The notes under the pieces were generated by a model, which was given only the letters and a program-made list of their open reading frames with translations, did no database searches and was not told the origin of the DNA. DNA of 53,081 bases, counting the filler, from Catajapyx aquilonaris (lineage: Eukaryota), in NCBI GenBank assembly GCA_000934665.2. It is 2 parts of 2 records of this genome, joined end to end, with 100 filler letters (N's around TTAATTAATTAA, not from the genome) between each part and the next. Parts side by side here need not be neighbours in the genome. Positions count along the whole stretch, not along the records: positions 26,600 to 53,081 come from JYFJ02005195.1; 1 more part is not named here. One strand, given 5' to 3'. The position numbers were made by a program, and so were the translations under genes. Below, piece after piece: positions 34,841 through 48,200 of this stretch. Every line of letters starts with the position of its first letter. Within the stretch, counting starts at the first letter, position 1.

Positions 34841-37165
34841 GGATGACTGATGAAAACAACAGCAGTTAATATAAAACAGAGAGAAAAAAATGCAAAAAGC
34901 CTCCCCTACCTGCTCTTCCCAACTTCCCTTTACCTAATTACTTCTAATTGTTGTTCAGTTTCCTCTCTCTATTCTGCACCTGTACCCTCATGCCCCTATG
35001 CTCCTGTCTCACTGCACTCTGATCTGTGACCTCCCTGTGTTTCCATACTATACTTCATGCACGCATGAGCTGGGGCATGCACTCACAACACATACACATA
35101 CACAATTACATGCAATTTCTTTTCTCCATCTTATCCCCCCTTCCAATGTCTCAGTGTGGACCAGAAAAAAAAAACTGATGGACGAGTCCGTGACTTAACC
35201 TTTCTATCGTTCTCGCCTTTGCATTTGGAATTTTTCCTAAAAACTAGTCCAACACTATGGTTAAACTATAAACTAATAATTCCTAAGTAATAAAGATATT
35301 TAGCCTTGATTGTCATCACCTCAGGCCTCCAAACTTGCACCTTGTTAACACAACTTTGTTAGGTCTCGGTGGTGGTGTTCTCAGTAATAATAATGATACG
35401 TACTATGTAAGGGATTGATTGGGTTGATTGATCGAATGAATGGGATTGACTCCTCACACAACCTGCGGGGTATTTTAAAAACACCTTTGTGGTTATACGC
35501 ATTTTCTCACCCCCCTTTTTTGCAGCTGGTCTTCCGGGAGATTTGACACGATGCGACAAAAAATATAAAAACATGTTGAGTGGGAGGTTACATGGTGGTG
35601 ATGGGATATGTACTAAACACACGTACACTAGTGACACGCTGATACACATGCCCCTATTTCAGCAGGTGAATGCGCCCGGAGCGTGTTGTCTGCACCACAC
35701 ACAATTACAGTGCACTACACATGTCACTACCTAGTCGTATTTTCAAGTCATAGGCCCAGTTGTTACTAGAGGTAAAGAGCATCTCCTTTCTGAAAGCAGT
35801 CTGCAAAATTAGAGCAATCAATAATAATGCTGAGAAATTGGAACATGAACCGCTTGCAAGGAGGGCTCTTTTGGCTACTACCCTTCTAGTTTACACTCGT
35901 TGTTTGAGTTTTTTTTTAAGTAAATAAAGAAAACACTGGAAAGTACAGTATTTGGAAGTCACTCTTGTCTTGTCATTGCTGTGCCACCCTTATTTCAACG
36001 CTGTAAGGATCACCTCAATGCATTATTTAAATCAGTTGCTTGTTCAGTAAACTCAGATGCTGGTCACTGATCAACTTTTACTGTCTTGTTATTGGAATGC
36101 AATTAAATTGCTATGTCCTACAGGAAGCCAAGGCAAATAAAAAATTTGTATTTCAAGTACATTACTTGAAAGTCACCTTGCCAGGCTGCTCTCTCACTAT
36201 AGAAACTACACGAATCTGAAGAGGCTCAACTCAATCAGGTACTAAGGTGAGAAACATCTAGTGAAATATTGCACATTGCGTAATGGCTGACATTATTGAC
36301 AGATGACAGGTAGAACTTGGGACTTTGTCCTGTCATACTAATTGGAGGCACCAATTGGAAGCAATTCAAGGGAAAAAAATTTCAAACTTTGTAAACAACT
36401 GATGGGCTTGACATAAAAAAAAGCATTATTTATCATGTTGAAGAGGAAGATAAATCTGTATAAACTTGTGTGTGGTTCACAAATATAAGTACATCATAAT
36501 ACTGCAACTATAAATACAAAGAATAGGAATAATTGAATGACTAAATTAGGTGCAGTTACACCAGAGCAGAGGAATGGAAGCACTCAAAATGTGGTCATAT
36601 GGTCATAGGCACAACTCCCACCACTTCCCACCATGGCATAGTCTATCATGTCTATGAAAACCACACCTTGAGCAAGTCTGGCTCTTTGTGTAAACACAAG
36701 TAGCATATCAACAGACATTGCGAACTCAGTCTTATTGGAACTGCCACAGTTAACCTCACAAAAAGTGGATCCTTAAATGGCAATTATGCTATCCAATCAA
36801 AGTAACTTACACAATGAAGTAGCACTGGCCAGTGCTTTATGGCTACCAACACTTTTTCTGAGCATCAAAGTTATGACAGTTTCGCCTACAGTTTTAATTG
36901 ACTGAATTGTTCCTCTTGCTTGCTGTTTGAAAGGGAAGAAGAGGAAGGAACTACAGCTATCTGGCTATAGGAAAAAAAAGGAGAAAAGCACAAGACAGTG
37001 TCTCTCTTGTTCTGTCCCCTGCCCCTTGGAGGCCTGTCACGCTTTGGACACCCTGACAGTAGTCATGCTACATCACCGGTATAGCTCCTGGTATCACCAG
37101 AGCATGCAAGGCCCACCATCGCCACAAGGTGGAGATATCATTGAGGGGTCTCTCTTCCTGTTAAC

Positions 37166-37522
37166 CAGTGTTCGAAACAGATATATAAGCAGGTCGCCAA
37201 GTGGCATCTGAAAACCGAGATGTAGTCACTAAAACTGAATGTCTAGTTGCCATTCTTGTTTTAAACATTGTCACAATTTAAATATTAATTGTTAATTGGG
37301 TGCCACAAACTTCACTGACAAGTGAGTCACCAAGAGCTTTAGCAGGAAACAAATTGAAAATATGTGACCAGAATCTTAACAATAATTTTATTTTTGACAG
37401 AAATACAATTTTGGGAGGAAAAAGCAAGTCGCCAAAAGTGGCGACTAGATATCTCACTTCGATCACCAATTAATAATTATAAGTCACGAATCGCGACTGG
37501 TGACCACTAATTTCGATCCATG
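37166..37522. mobile_element. hAT-type MITE
   Basis: 8-bp TSD CTGTTAAC (37158-37165 / 37523-37530); imperfect TIRs CAGTGTTCGAAA / TTTCGATCCATG. Confidence 0.8.
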
Positions 37523-38338
37523 CTGTTAACCTGGTGATTCTTTCTTTGGGAGAAGGAACATGTGGACATAAATATCAACACTTTCTTCACTGACACACTA
37601 TTTAACACAGTGCCTTTCCATTGATTTCATACCCCATAGAAAGCCAGGAAGATCCTAATGTATGGGTAGCTGTAGCAAGACCTATTCCCATTTCGATTCC
37701 AATCCCATTCTGGATCTGGGCTCATGTTTTAACTAGGTAGAGACATCTCATGCTTGAACAGTAGGTCATGAATATGTAATAAATGTCCTGCACATCATTG
37801 TACAGTGGTGGAAATTAATGGATATCCACAAGTATCACTGCCCAGCAGAGCCTTTCTTTTACATGAAGCAGCTTCATGTAATGCAATGCTCTTGAGAATA
37901 TTTGCAAGGGGCATGCTTTAAAAGTGCTAGGCCAGGCTATATGCATAACATAAATTCACACTAAAAATAATAATTTATGCTCCTTTATGTTCTGTATTAA
38001 ACCACTCGCTGCCTTTGTACACACTGCACATGGAAGAACCCTACACTGCACACAGGCACAAAATGCTCAGGTTGATTAAAATTTCTAATCTATCCTGACA
38101 GATACTATCGGCACAGAAATTATACTGACACTTGTCAATGGTCAGCTTTAATACCCCCAAGTGTCTGTACCATTTCCGCGCCGATAGTACATGGATCCAG
38201 AAAGGGATTTGAATCTGGAAAGGGCAAGCCACTCAGATGATGTAACAACTAACAAGAGAAACCAGTTATACAGTTTGGAGACTTTACTCTCATAAACCAG
38301 AATCATGATCACAACTTATATCACACCATGTCACTCAC

Positions 38339-40039
38339 TTAGTCTGCATGTTCATGATCTCTCTGTGCTTGAGCTTCCTGCCATGCTGTCCTCACAGCCT
38401 GGGCCACCTTTGTCCAGAGCGTTGACTTCAACAAAACTCTTGCTGCACAGCCAGCCAGAAAGAGCCAGGCAGCCCAGAGCCATGGGTCAGTGCCATCGTC
38501 CATGCTGGATGGTACTGGCCCATCAAAGTCTGCAGAGGTCACATTAAGAGGTGAATACTCGGTAGAGGCAACCAAGTCTGTGTGACGGCTCACAAATGCT
38601 GCCATGGCCTCTAAGGTGTACTCACTGCCATTAAATTTGGCTGCTGGCTTTGAATTGTGAAAAAGCAACACGGTTGGGACTGCAACCACACCTAGCTGTG
38701 TGTTTAGTGTCTGTTGGCGCCATGAAAATGAAGCATCAAGAGCTAGTAACGGGAGAGTTGGGAAGGCACGGGCCAGGGCATTAAAGTGAGGGGCAGCCTG
38801 GCAGCTGAATGGGCACCACCGTGCGTAAAACAGGACTAGGGAGCATGGCCCTTCAGAGGAAGATCTGTCCTGCTCAAGTGGTGGAGTGTTGTTGGACCAT
38901 GGACGATACGTAGAAGCAACCCAACTAGCATTTATCAGCTGAACTGAAGGTAGCGTGCCTTCAGGGAGTTTCGCACGTGGAGCACAAGCCAAGCGAGGTG
39001 TTGTTGAGTTAGTGGCTTCGTCATTGATGTCATCATCTTCAGGAGTAGCAGGATTACTTCCATTTGTGACCTTGTTCTCACTTGGGACATCATTCATCTG
39101 GTCTGAAGCGTCAGGTATTGATTCTGAAATCAAATGTAGAACATATTATCAACACATTGTGCATGGAAAGCATTACTTAGAAGGTTTACTCTTATGCAGT
39201 ATACAGTAGAATCTCGATTATCTGTCACCCACGGGTCCAGGGCATGGTCGGAACATAGCAAAGGTCGGATAATAAGAGGAGTAAGAAAACTTTCATGAAA
39301 CACAACAAAAAACATAATAAACAATGAAGTATCGTACAATATTATGGTTATGTAAGAAATAGTGAAGTATAATATATTTATCTTTCACATAAACACTCAA
39401 CCCTACTGTATTTACAATTTAACTGAGGCATTGCAACAAATGCATAGTACACTACAGTATTTGTTGAGAAAACATTGTTTATCCGACTGCTCGAGCAATA
39501 AATCTATGTTTTCTCAACAAGTACTGTAGTGTACTGTGCATTTGTTGTATTGCCTTAGTTAAATTGTAAATAGGATAATCCAAGGTCAGATATAATCGGG
39601 GTTCTACTGTACTAGGTTTCTTCAACAATACACTCCTTGCAGGTACTAGTGTAAATTTCTACTAGACCTAACACAACAGTGAACTCCAAGAAGAGGGACA
39701 CATTTGTTCTATTCAAAATTTCAATTATACAAAGATGGCAATAACCTTGGCAATAACCTATTAGTGAATTTATGTAATTGGGAGATGCAGGCAAGATACA
39801 ATCAAGACGTGACAGAGTCCGTTTACATCAGAAGCTAGTTCTTCTAGTGATCTATCTCAGAAGCATCTCAATTCTGCACAATCCCAACCACACCTCAAAC
39901 ACTATCGATCGAACCTAGATATGTGGCGAAGCTAGCTTCGTATACCTGCTTTCATTGGGGCGTCTTCCTCCCCTTGTCCCACACAGAACAAGGCCAGGCT
40001 GACCAGGGCAAAGCAGTACACTCCAGGCAGTGTCTTCAT
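38339..40039 (-). CDS. TXNDC15: Thioredoxin domain-containing protein 15, complement(join(38339..39123,39946..40039)), 292 aa
   Basis: Signal peptide MKTLPGVYCFALVSLALFCVGQG, thioredoxin fold LVLFYARWCPFSCQAAPHFNALARAFP...GVVAVPTVLLFHNSKPAAKFN, C-terminal TM WLWAAWLFLAGCAARVLL. The single intron is phase-1 GT-AG. Confidence 0.88.
39204..39609. mobile_element. Tigger/pogo-type MITE in the TXNDC15 intron, containing an internal 164-bp palindrome
   Basis: TA-CAGTAGAATCTCGATTAT ... ATAATCGGGGTTCTACTG-TA. Confidence 0.8.
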
Positions 40040-40440
40040 TCTGTCTGTCTCTGTCTCTCTCTACTGGTCCTAACCCAACTCTCGATGCGTCGACTGACGC
40101 TGTGGATCAGGTTGCTGCGTGCGGCTGTGACGGCCTGTTCCTTGGTGCTGCCAGTGGTACCATCACCTCCTGCCTACCTCACACACACTCCAGTGTGTAT
40201 TTATTCACATATATATGCCGCATGACCAGGTGAACTTTAAGTGAGCATGTGTGTCGTACTGGTGGGCCAATCTTCGGAGGCTGCAGCTGCACCGAGGTCA
40301 CCCAGCCTACGTGCCGGTCTTGTATTTGGTTGCAGGTGACCAAAATCCGCAGACTATCCAAAGTCCCAGCTGAAGAACCCAACACCAAAAAATACAGAAA
40401 TCGAACTAGTGACGCTCGGTCACCGTCACCTGTTTTTCCA

Positions 40441-40468
40441 TGACGTCATCACACACGTGATTACGCAA
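40441..40468 (-). promoter_or_regulatory. bZIP/bHLH motif cluster upstream of TXNDC15
   Basis: TGACGTCA (40441-40448), CACGTG (40454-40459) and TTACGCAA (40461-40468) within 28 bp, ~400 bp upstream of the ATG. Confidence 0.45.
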
Positions 40469-41229
40469 TTCACTGGGGGGAAAAGTCCTTCCGTGCACGC
40501 TTCAGTGCAGCGGTGCACTCTGTATTCCTAATTACGTAGTACTTATGTAAGATAATATTTAATCTGCGTTAACAATTGATTTAGTCAAATGCACGGCCTC
40601 GCGAGTGGCGCCAATTCAAATCAAGGCCTACAATCCCTACATGCACCCACATGCACCATTACAGACGCGGTTCCGTAAATTATCGGATTATGCGTGGATA
40701 GATCATGTTCCCAATGGATTTTTATGAAATAATAATGAATAGGTATACACGCAAAATCCTCGCAAATTCCTATAGTGATTGGCAGCAAGGTAGGATTCTG
40801 AAGCCACATCTTCTAATGCTGCAATGAAAACTCATCGGAATATATTCCGGAGGGCACCCCTTTTATTATTTTATATACACTTTTGCATCAATACACTTCA
40901 CATTTTGCGACGTTTTGATTGAATATATTTTGTAGTACGGTAGTTATTATTCAAAATTATAATTCACTATTTGGATACATATCCTTTTCTGCAACATGTG
41001 TTGAAAGCTCTCAATGTTTCAGTCTTGTATTTCAAATGCAAGCAAAAAAAAAAACTAAAATTAATGCAAATTACACACCATCAACGCTCTCGTTCTTACA
41101 CAAAATTACATCAGAAATATCATAAAAGTGTCAAATAAATCAAAAATTGTAAATTTATGACAAGCAATCCATACAGTCCAATAAAAGCATGAAAAAGCAT
41201 GGCAAAAACAAGAACCATTTTTAATATTA

Positions 41230-41382
41230 GGGTGAAGTGGGGGAAGTGCACACCCGGGGTAAGTGCACATATTGTGTGCAGCTACATAGCTGACGCGTTT
41301 TGGTGTCATCAGCCATTTTCATTCCAATATGGCGGCACAATATGTGCACTTACCCCGGGTGTGCACTTCCCCCACTTCACCC
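41230..41382. mobile_element. 153-bp MITE with ~45-bp near-perfect TIRs and TA TSD
   Basis: TA-GGGTGAAGTGGGGAAGTGCACACCCGGGGTAAGTGCACATATTGTG ... CACAATATGTGCACTTACCCCGGGTGTGCACTTCCCCCACTTCACCC-TA. Confidence 0.88.
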
Positions 41383-41924
41383 TACTTATTTCTCATACTT
41401 CATTGTGAGCCAATGGTCCTTTACATGGACACAGTACTCTTCACATAATTTATAGTTCAGTGCAACCCTTCATCATTATGTGTCACGTCATGCCATTAAA
41501 TTTATTTTTATGTACCGGTACACATGTTGTACCTCTTTCTCGCATATCAATTGCAAATCAATCTGACTAACAATAATAATTTGTGATGTAGTACAATGGG
41601 AAATAAAACACACCAGTGAAAACAATGGTTATTACACTCTGCTCCCGATTATCTGGGTGCAGATTATTATCAATGTCGCGGATTATCCATGCATGGCCAA
41701 AAACAAAAGTTTAGAATGAAAGTCTGAACAAAATGTCAATATCTCTCACAAACAATGAAATACTGTATAACACACTTTATCCAAAAGTCAAACTAAAAAT
41801 CTATGGCAAATATTATTTTGATTAAACCTTATTATTTTATAGAACAGTGAATGTACAGTAGTTCATTAAAAACCTCAGAATCCAATTATCTGGGTATACC
41901 CATGCATTCATTAGGACGGATAAT

Positions 41925-42181
41925 TGAAGGGTTCGGGAGAAGAAGGTGATAACCCTCAAATGGGTCGTAATTGAGTTTTTAAATGCAATTATATCCTGCC
42001 CCCTGGAGCTTCCTTTGTGAAGGTTGTTTAGCTTCCTAAACAGACCAGAGAGGGCAGGACTGCATGTCAAAGAGCAGTGATACATGCAAGCAGTGCACGT
42101 AAAAGGGAACAAGCCACAAGATTCCAAGATGGCGGAACTTTTAATTTTGAGGGTTATCACCTTCTTCTCCCGAACCCTTCA
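41925..42181. mobile_element. MITE with perfect ~36-bp TIRs nested in an older Tigger-like element (~41634-42198)
   Basis: TGAAGGGTTCGGGAGAAGAAGGTGATAACCCTCAAA and its exact reverse complement. Removing it restores a GGATAA(T)TGGGAGTTCAGTGTA end resembling the complement of TACACTCTGCTCCCGATTATC at ~41632. Confidence 0.8.
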
Positions 42182-42209
42182 TATTGGGAGTTCAGTGTAC
42201 TGTGTATCA

Positions 42210-45200
42210 TTAATTAAATTCCAGGTAGGTATCCCCCTTACAATAAGGTTGATGAAAGTGCACTTCAATTGCTGAACTCTTTACTTCAAGGCACCTCCAG
42301 CAAAAGTGCACTTTGCATCTCTCACATGTCATATGGTTGCAGCCCTCATTCTTCTCTATGTAAAACCTGCAATTGGGGCACAACTTACGATTTGCAGGGT
42401 CTTTGCTAACCCATTTTTTCAACATGTAGTCCTCATCAATTTTAGTTTTATCATAGTCTTCACAGGTCATCCCATGGTGATAGAGTACCTGACACCTAAA
42501 AAGTGGTAAAATTGTGTAAAATGTCATGAAGCTTTTCACTACCAGAATGCCAATACTGACACCATCTACAACAAGTGAGCATGCAAGACTAGAAGCAAAA
42601 ACTTTAAAATGCTGACAGAGGAGCTTGCCTTGTGCAAATTTGGTTGGAGCAAAAGGGACATGTCCACTTCGAATTTCCCTCTGAACCACTGCCTGTACGG
42701 AACACTCCACTGCAATTGGGCGAGGGGCAAAACTTCAGATGGCACTTGCTGTGCTGGTCTTGAACTGCCAATAATTGTTGAACTGCAGCATTTTCAAACT
42801 TCCTTTGAATATTTTGCGGCAACTTCTTCATCATGTCCAACACGTCCCAAACACTCCAGCTTTCCCCACAATCCTACAAAATTGAGGCCAACATAAATGA
42901 CATTTTCTAACTAACTTTTGAGTGCAAATTCATACCTCTCTAGAGCATTTCAAGGGCAGGACACATGCTTCAAGTTGTCTAACAAGACAATCCTTGCAAT
43001 AAACATGTCCACATACATTCAGTGACACACATTTTACTGCAGCCGTGAAGCAAATCCCACACTCAAGGTCATCTTCCACCAAATTCTCTCCACCTGACTT
43101 CACTTGATTCTCAGTATCATCTATCATATCTCTCACCTACACAAATAAATAAACACAAAGAGAAAGGGCAACATTGCAGATCACACAATTCTGCCATAAA
43201 CTGCACCTTTTGTATGGAGGTCTGATTCCCAAGAACGTGTATTTCAGACTTATGATAAAGCTGCATGTGAACTTTGCAGGCTCCAGCATTTTCCCCAACA
43301 TCCACCAATGTGGGTCCATGCTGAGCTAGCAATTTTGCTATAACTGATCCAGATGACACAACAATCACTTCTTCTCTGACTCCTTCATGTGAATCTAACT
43401 CTTGCAGGATCCTGTTAACCCCCAGCAAATAAATGGCATGGTCCCGAGTAGCATATACTGTTATTATACCTACTTGTTCATCTCTATCTTCGCTGTTTCA
43501 ATTGCAGTCTTAGTACCAAAAATGACCAGCTCATTTCTTACATAGTTGTGTTGCATGATTGTGTTTGTTTTGAGTTGAACCTTGTTGAGCATGCCTCCTG
43601 ACCTCTCCTCTAGAGCTTCAGCCAAGGCAGACAGAGTTGGGCTACAGCTTAGAGCAATGCGCTCACCTGAGTGTGAATTAAATATTAGGGTTTCAGAACT
43701 TAATTAAATGGTTTAATATTTACCATCTAGAATATTTCTGAGAGCATGTGAGGCAATTCCTAGCAGCTCACTATGGGGTGTTGTTATCTTCAAACGAATC
43801 ATCTCCTTGTTTTTCACTTCACTGTCAATAACTTCTAAATCCTTTTCCCATGTCTGAAGAACAGATAGGACCATGTTGAAATGAATTAAAAACCGTTTCC
43901 AAAAGGTACACAAAATTGAGAACATTCAACATGAGGTAGCTGACAAATGTACTTGCCAGTCACCAACAGTTACTCATTGGTTCCTTGCAAAGCTACTGAA
44001 TACTAAAAGCAGCTGAAGAAAAAGAAGCTGATGCAAAAGTCATGCAGCATGTGTTTTTACTTAAACACTCAACAACACTGATAAGTGAGTTTATGTAAAA
44101 TGTTGAACTTGATAAAATTTCGCAGGGCTGACAAAGATTTTCTTGGTTAAGTCCACAAATGATACAGTACATCCTGTACGTATACACATATCCCATGAAA
44201 GACAGCAAAAAATGAATGATAGAAGAATAAGAAATACAGTGTATTAAATTTCTTATCTGCATTTGTTCTGAACCCATGTGTCCAATACACACCAAAGGCT
44301 CATGCAACCCTTTGCTCTTCAGCCACATTTTCAAAGCTGCTATGAAATTACGATCTGCTCTGAATATGAAAGCATATAAGCCGTAGCATGACATTGACAC
44401 CATGCCTTGTTCTCCTGCTTGCGTGAAAAATTTATTTGACATTTATCAGGAAGACACAAATTTAATACATATTAATATTATGTCTTGAAGAAATGGCACA
44501 CTAATGTCTTACACATAAGCACTTTCTACTACCAGCAACTTCAAAGATCCTAGCCAATGCAGAGAAACTCATGACAAATGGACGAGTCTGATCAGATTCC
44601 TGGACATTTCACCACAGACCATCATATTAAAAAAGCTGACATGAATATATCAGTGTAGTCTTACACTTACGTATCACCTTTATCTGAATGTAACATAAAT
44701 GTAACACAAACAATGAAGGTCTGGATGATGTATCCCATATGGGTGAAAGCCTCACCTACATTGTTATTATTGCAATTTTTTCGAACATGTCTGGGGAAAA
44801 TTTGCATTCCTAATTCATTTTTCCTGGTCTTTTTGTGCAAACCATGTTATGTCTGGACTATGTGGCAAAATGCTTCTAAAAGCCTTTGCATCTGCTCTGA
44901 CAGTTCAATGAATATAAACATTCAGGTGCTCAAGTTAATAATAGATTATAGAGGATGGAGTACTGCCCATATCCCCCGTTCAACAGGGGCTATATGATGA
45001 TGTGTTAATTAAGGCGAAGGAACAATTTTGAAGAGTAAATATACAGCATATAGCCTTCATGGTGGCTCTTAAGAAGCTTCTTCTCCTTCATCTGGTTGCC
45101 AAGGTTAACAATCCAGATTCCCTATTTGAAAAACGGGGTTTGGCAGTGAACCACCCTTTATATGTGCAATGACATGTGAATCAACCCACATCCCAGTAGT

Positions 45201-48200
45201 TTGTCACTGCCCACTCTCCTACCTTGAACATCAGTTTCATCTCCTCAGACATGGAAGTAATATCTTCCTTCACTTTACTGTATACTTTCTTGGAGCAATA
45301 GTGATCCGCTTGCATCTGAGAAGAAATACCACTGAGTTTTTACATCATGCAAATACAATACCCATTTCTTACCTCCAGCTTGCATGTCAGTGGAACAGGT
45401 ACACCAAGTATCCCAAGTCCCATGTTTTTCCATACTCCATTCAAATGCTTCTGCAACTTGGACCCCCAGAAAGGGTCACTGATGTACACCCGGGCAATCC
45501 AATTCCAATTTCTACCACCAAACACCTGAACATTTTCATTACCCTTCGCATCATATCCAAAGGATGACAAAAGTTCCAGGAATCTCTTCTTTGCATCCTG
45601 TGTGCAGAAATAAGAATGGAATAAGGCAATGGAATTCCAATCTTTTTACTTGACTACTGAACAAATATTAGGGCAGAGTAGCAAAAGCAAGCTCATCAAA
45701 CTTATCAGGAACTATACTTTAGCGTTTAGCCAATAACCCTCCCCTACCACAGCTTCATCATATGCGCAGTACATACTCATATGGGGCAATTTAATGATTG
45801 TGGTAGCTAGATAGAATTGACCATGCAATTTTTCAGCACAATAAAATTGTAATGTCACATGGCATTGCCTTATTTGTCGTCACTATTAAATTTATTATGG
45901 GTAAGAAAAACTCCGAGATCCACGCTCATGTACGTATATGCTTGACAAGAAAGCTTTTGTTGGTCATTTATGGCTGCTTCGGCTCATTTATTGAAAACCT
46001 TAGCGATGTGATGACTGCCACTGCTTGGACAGTCCTTGACCAAGCACCAGAGGGGCAAAAAATGCTTTACATCTGCTGATCTACTCTTTCCAATTTGGTC
46101 CCCCGGATATGGCGCCGTCATGGTTCTAAGATTCAGATATGCTCATGCAAAAATGAACTACTCCCACTATACATAGTTTTGGAGGAACTACAATGTAAAG
46201 TGATGAACTCTTGTTCCTCTGGTATCACCACACAATGAAGTAAACTCCTGCCAATACAACTAACAAGTCAGCAAGAGATCGGCCCTACCACCTCATGAAA
46301 ACACTTGTACACCTGTTTGCCACTGTTACTGAGGACTGACAATCACTGAATGTGTCACAGTAACATAACCTAGACTACTAGCACATCAATGTATGTGCAA
46401 CACCCAAGATCTAGAATCCAGACATGCTGTCACACTCACATCACCAAATGAGTAAAATTATCTCTTTACCGCTCTCTCCCTCAAATACAGAGATATGGGT
46501 AAGTGATCCTTCTCAATGTTTATTCACCTTTGTATTATAGAGAAATATATTTGGGTTAATTAAAAAACCTGTCTTTCTTTGGTCTATGGATTCTGGTCTT
46601 CCCATCTCTTGGAAAACTCAAGGAGGCTGCTTTCCCTGAACCTTCTACAAAATCCTCCCAATGCTAATCTACAAGGTTCATTCAAATGTAAGACATTCAG
46701 TGAATTGGAAACAGACCATTGTTACAAAGTCCTGGAATATATTTCATATCTAAAAATTTCTGTACATAAGTTTCATCCACTGGTGTACTTTGTTGTCACC
46801 AGGGTGGCAGGAGAGCCAAAAGATACTCTGAAAGGGAGCCAAACAGGGTAGAATAACCTAATAGCATGTTTGTTCCTGGCCCTAGCATTATGTCACTCAC
46901 TTTAAATGGAATAACCTGGTAGATAATTATTCTGATGTGGCTGAAGAAAAAATAGAGGAAAAAATATCAGCTGAAAAAAGTTCGAAAGTTTCAAACCATT
47001 ACCAACAACTAACTGGGAATAATATTTCCAATTACATTTTTCCTGTCATGTCACTTTATGGTTGACAGCATGTATGACTGTCAATCATTGGTGATATTTC
47101 GCTATGCTACAGGAAACTGCACAAATAAAACTGAATCATGCTTTCAGATGGCTATTAGCTAGTGCATTTCTTTGCCATACTACCAAGTCATATTAAATGT
47201 CATTCTTCCTGAAATTTTGATGATAGTGTGACATGATTGCATAATAGGAAAAGAATGTCTCTGGAGGACTGGAAAAAAACTATTTCAACTTGAAAAACCC
47301 ACCACCACATTTTTTGCTCCCATCAATAGGGCGAAAATATGTCAAATATCATAGCATGATACCTGACCATCCTCTCAGGAGTCCATAAACTTCCATGCAG
47401 GCCTATAAAATGAATATTGCAGGAAAGCAGCCAGCATCGTCTATTACAATGCTTATTAGTTATAACACAGTGAACATAGGCAATTGTGATTTTTATTCTA
47501 CTGTGTGCACATGCATCACATGCACAGCAGTACTTTAGTGGTAGGGCCTCTATTATGTCTACTTGTGAAACAAACTCCCTACACGTTCCAATGTACAACT
47601 AATTTACAAAGCAAGAAAGCATCAATCAAAGTGCATGCACATGGTAACTTACTTCAGCTGTCTCCTTGGAAGCATCCCGAAATATAACCACCTTTGGTTT
47701 CTCCTTGAACTCCACAACCAACCACTTTTTTACAGCATCTTCCAAATCTGCTTCTGTGGTAAAGGGAGGAAGATTCCCAGGAATAAACAAAGTCTTAGGA
47801 TCCTTTTTGTCAGGTCTCCACTTGACTGAGGCTACTTCCCTTTGGCTACGCACCAATATGGGACCAAGGTGAGAGCCAACTTTGTAGTAGTCATCCCAAC
47901 AATTAAACTCCACTTTCCCTCTTCCATTGCATTTTCGCTTCGGCCATTCCACTTCAAGTACGCAAAGAGCAGAAACTCTTTGACCTCTTTTTACCTTATA
48001 TGGCCTTGATTTACAGGGCAAAGATTCTGCCCGCAAAAGAGCTGACCTTGCATCAAGGGTACTGCTAAAATTTATGCACAAATCTCTCACTTCCACTTCC
48101 TTGCCAGATTTCATCAAGAAAGAAGAGGTGGCTCCTCTAAATAACTGGACCACAGACTCACACACCTCAGTTGGCCCTGATTCTAGAACAATAGCCAAAA

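Noticed and set aside
43993..44442. 149-aa ORF in a helicase-RBR intron
   Set aside because: The flanking exons join in phase without it, and it has no motif; treated as chance.
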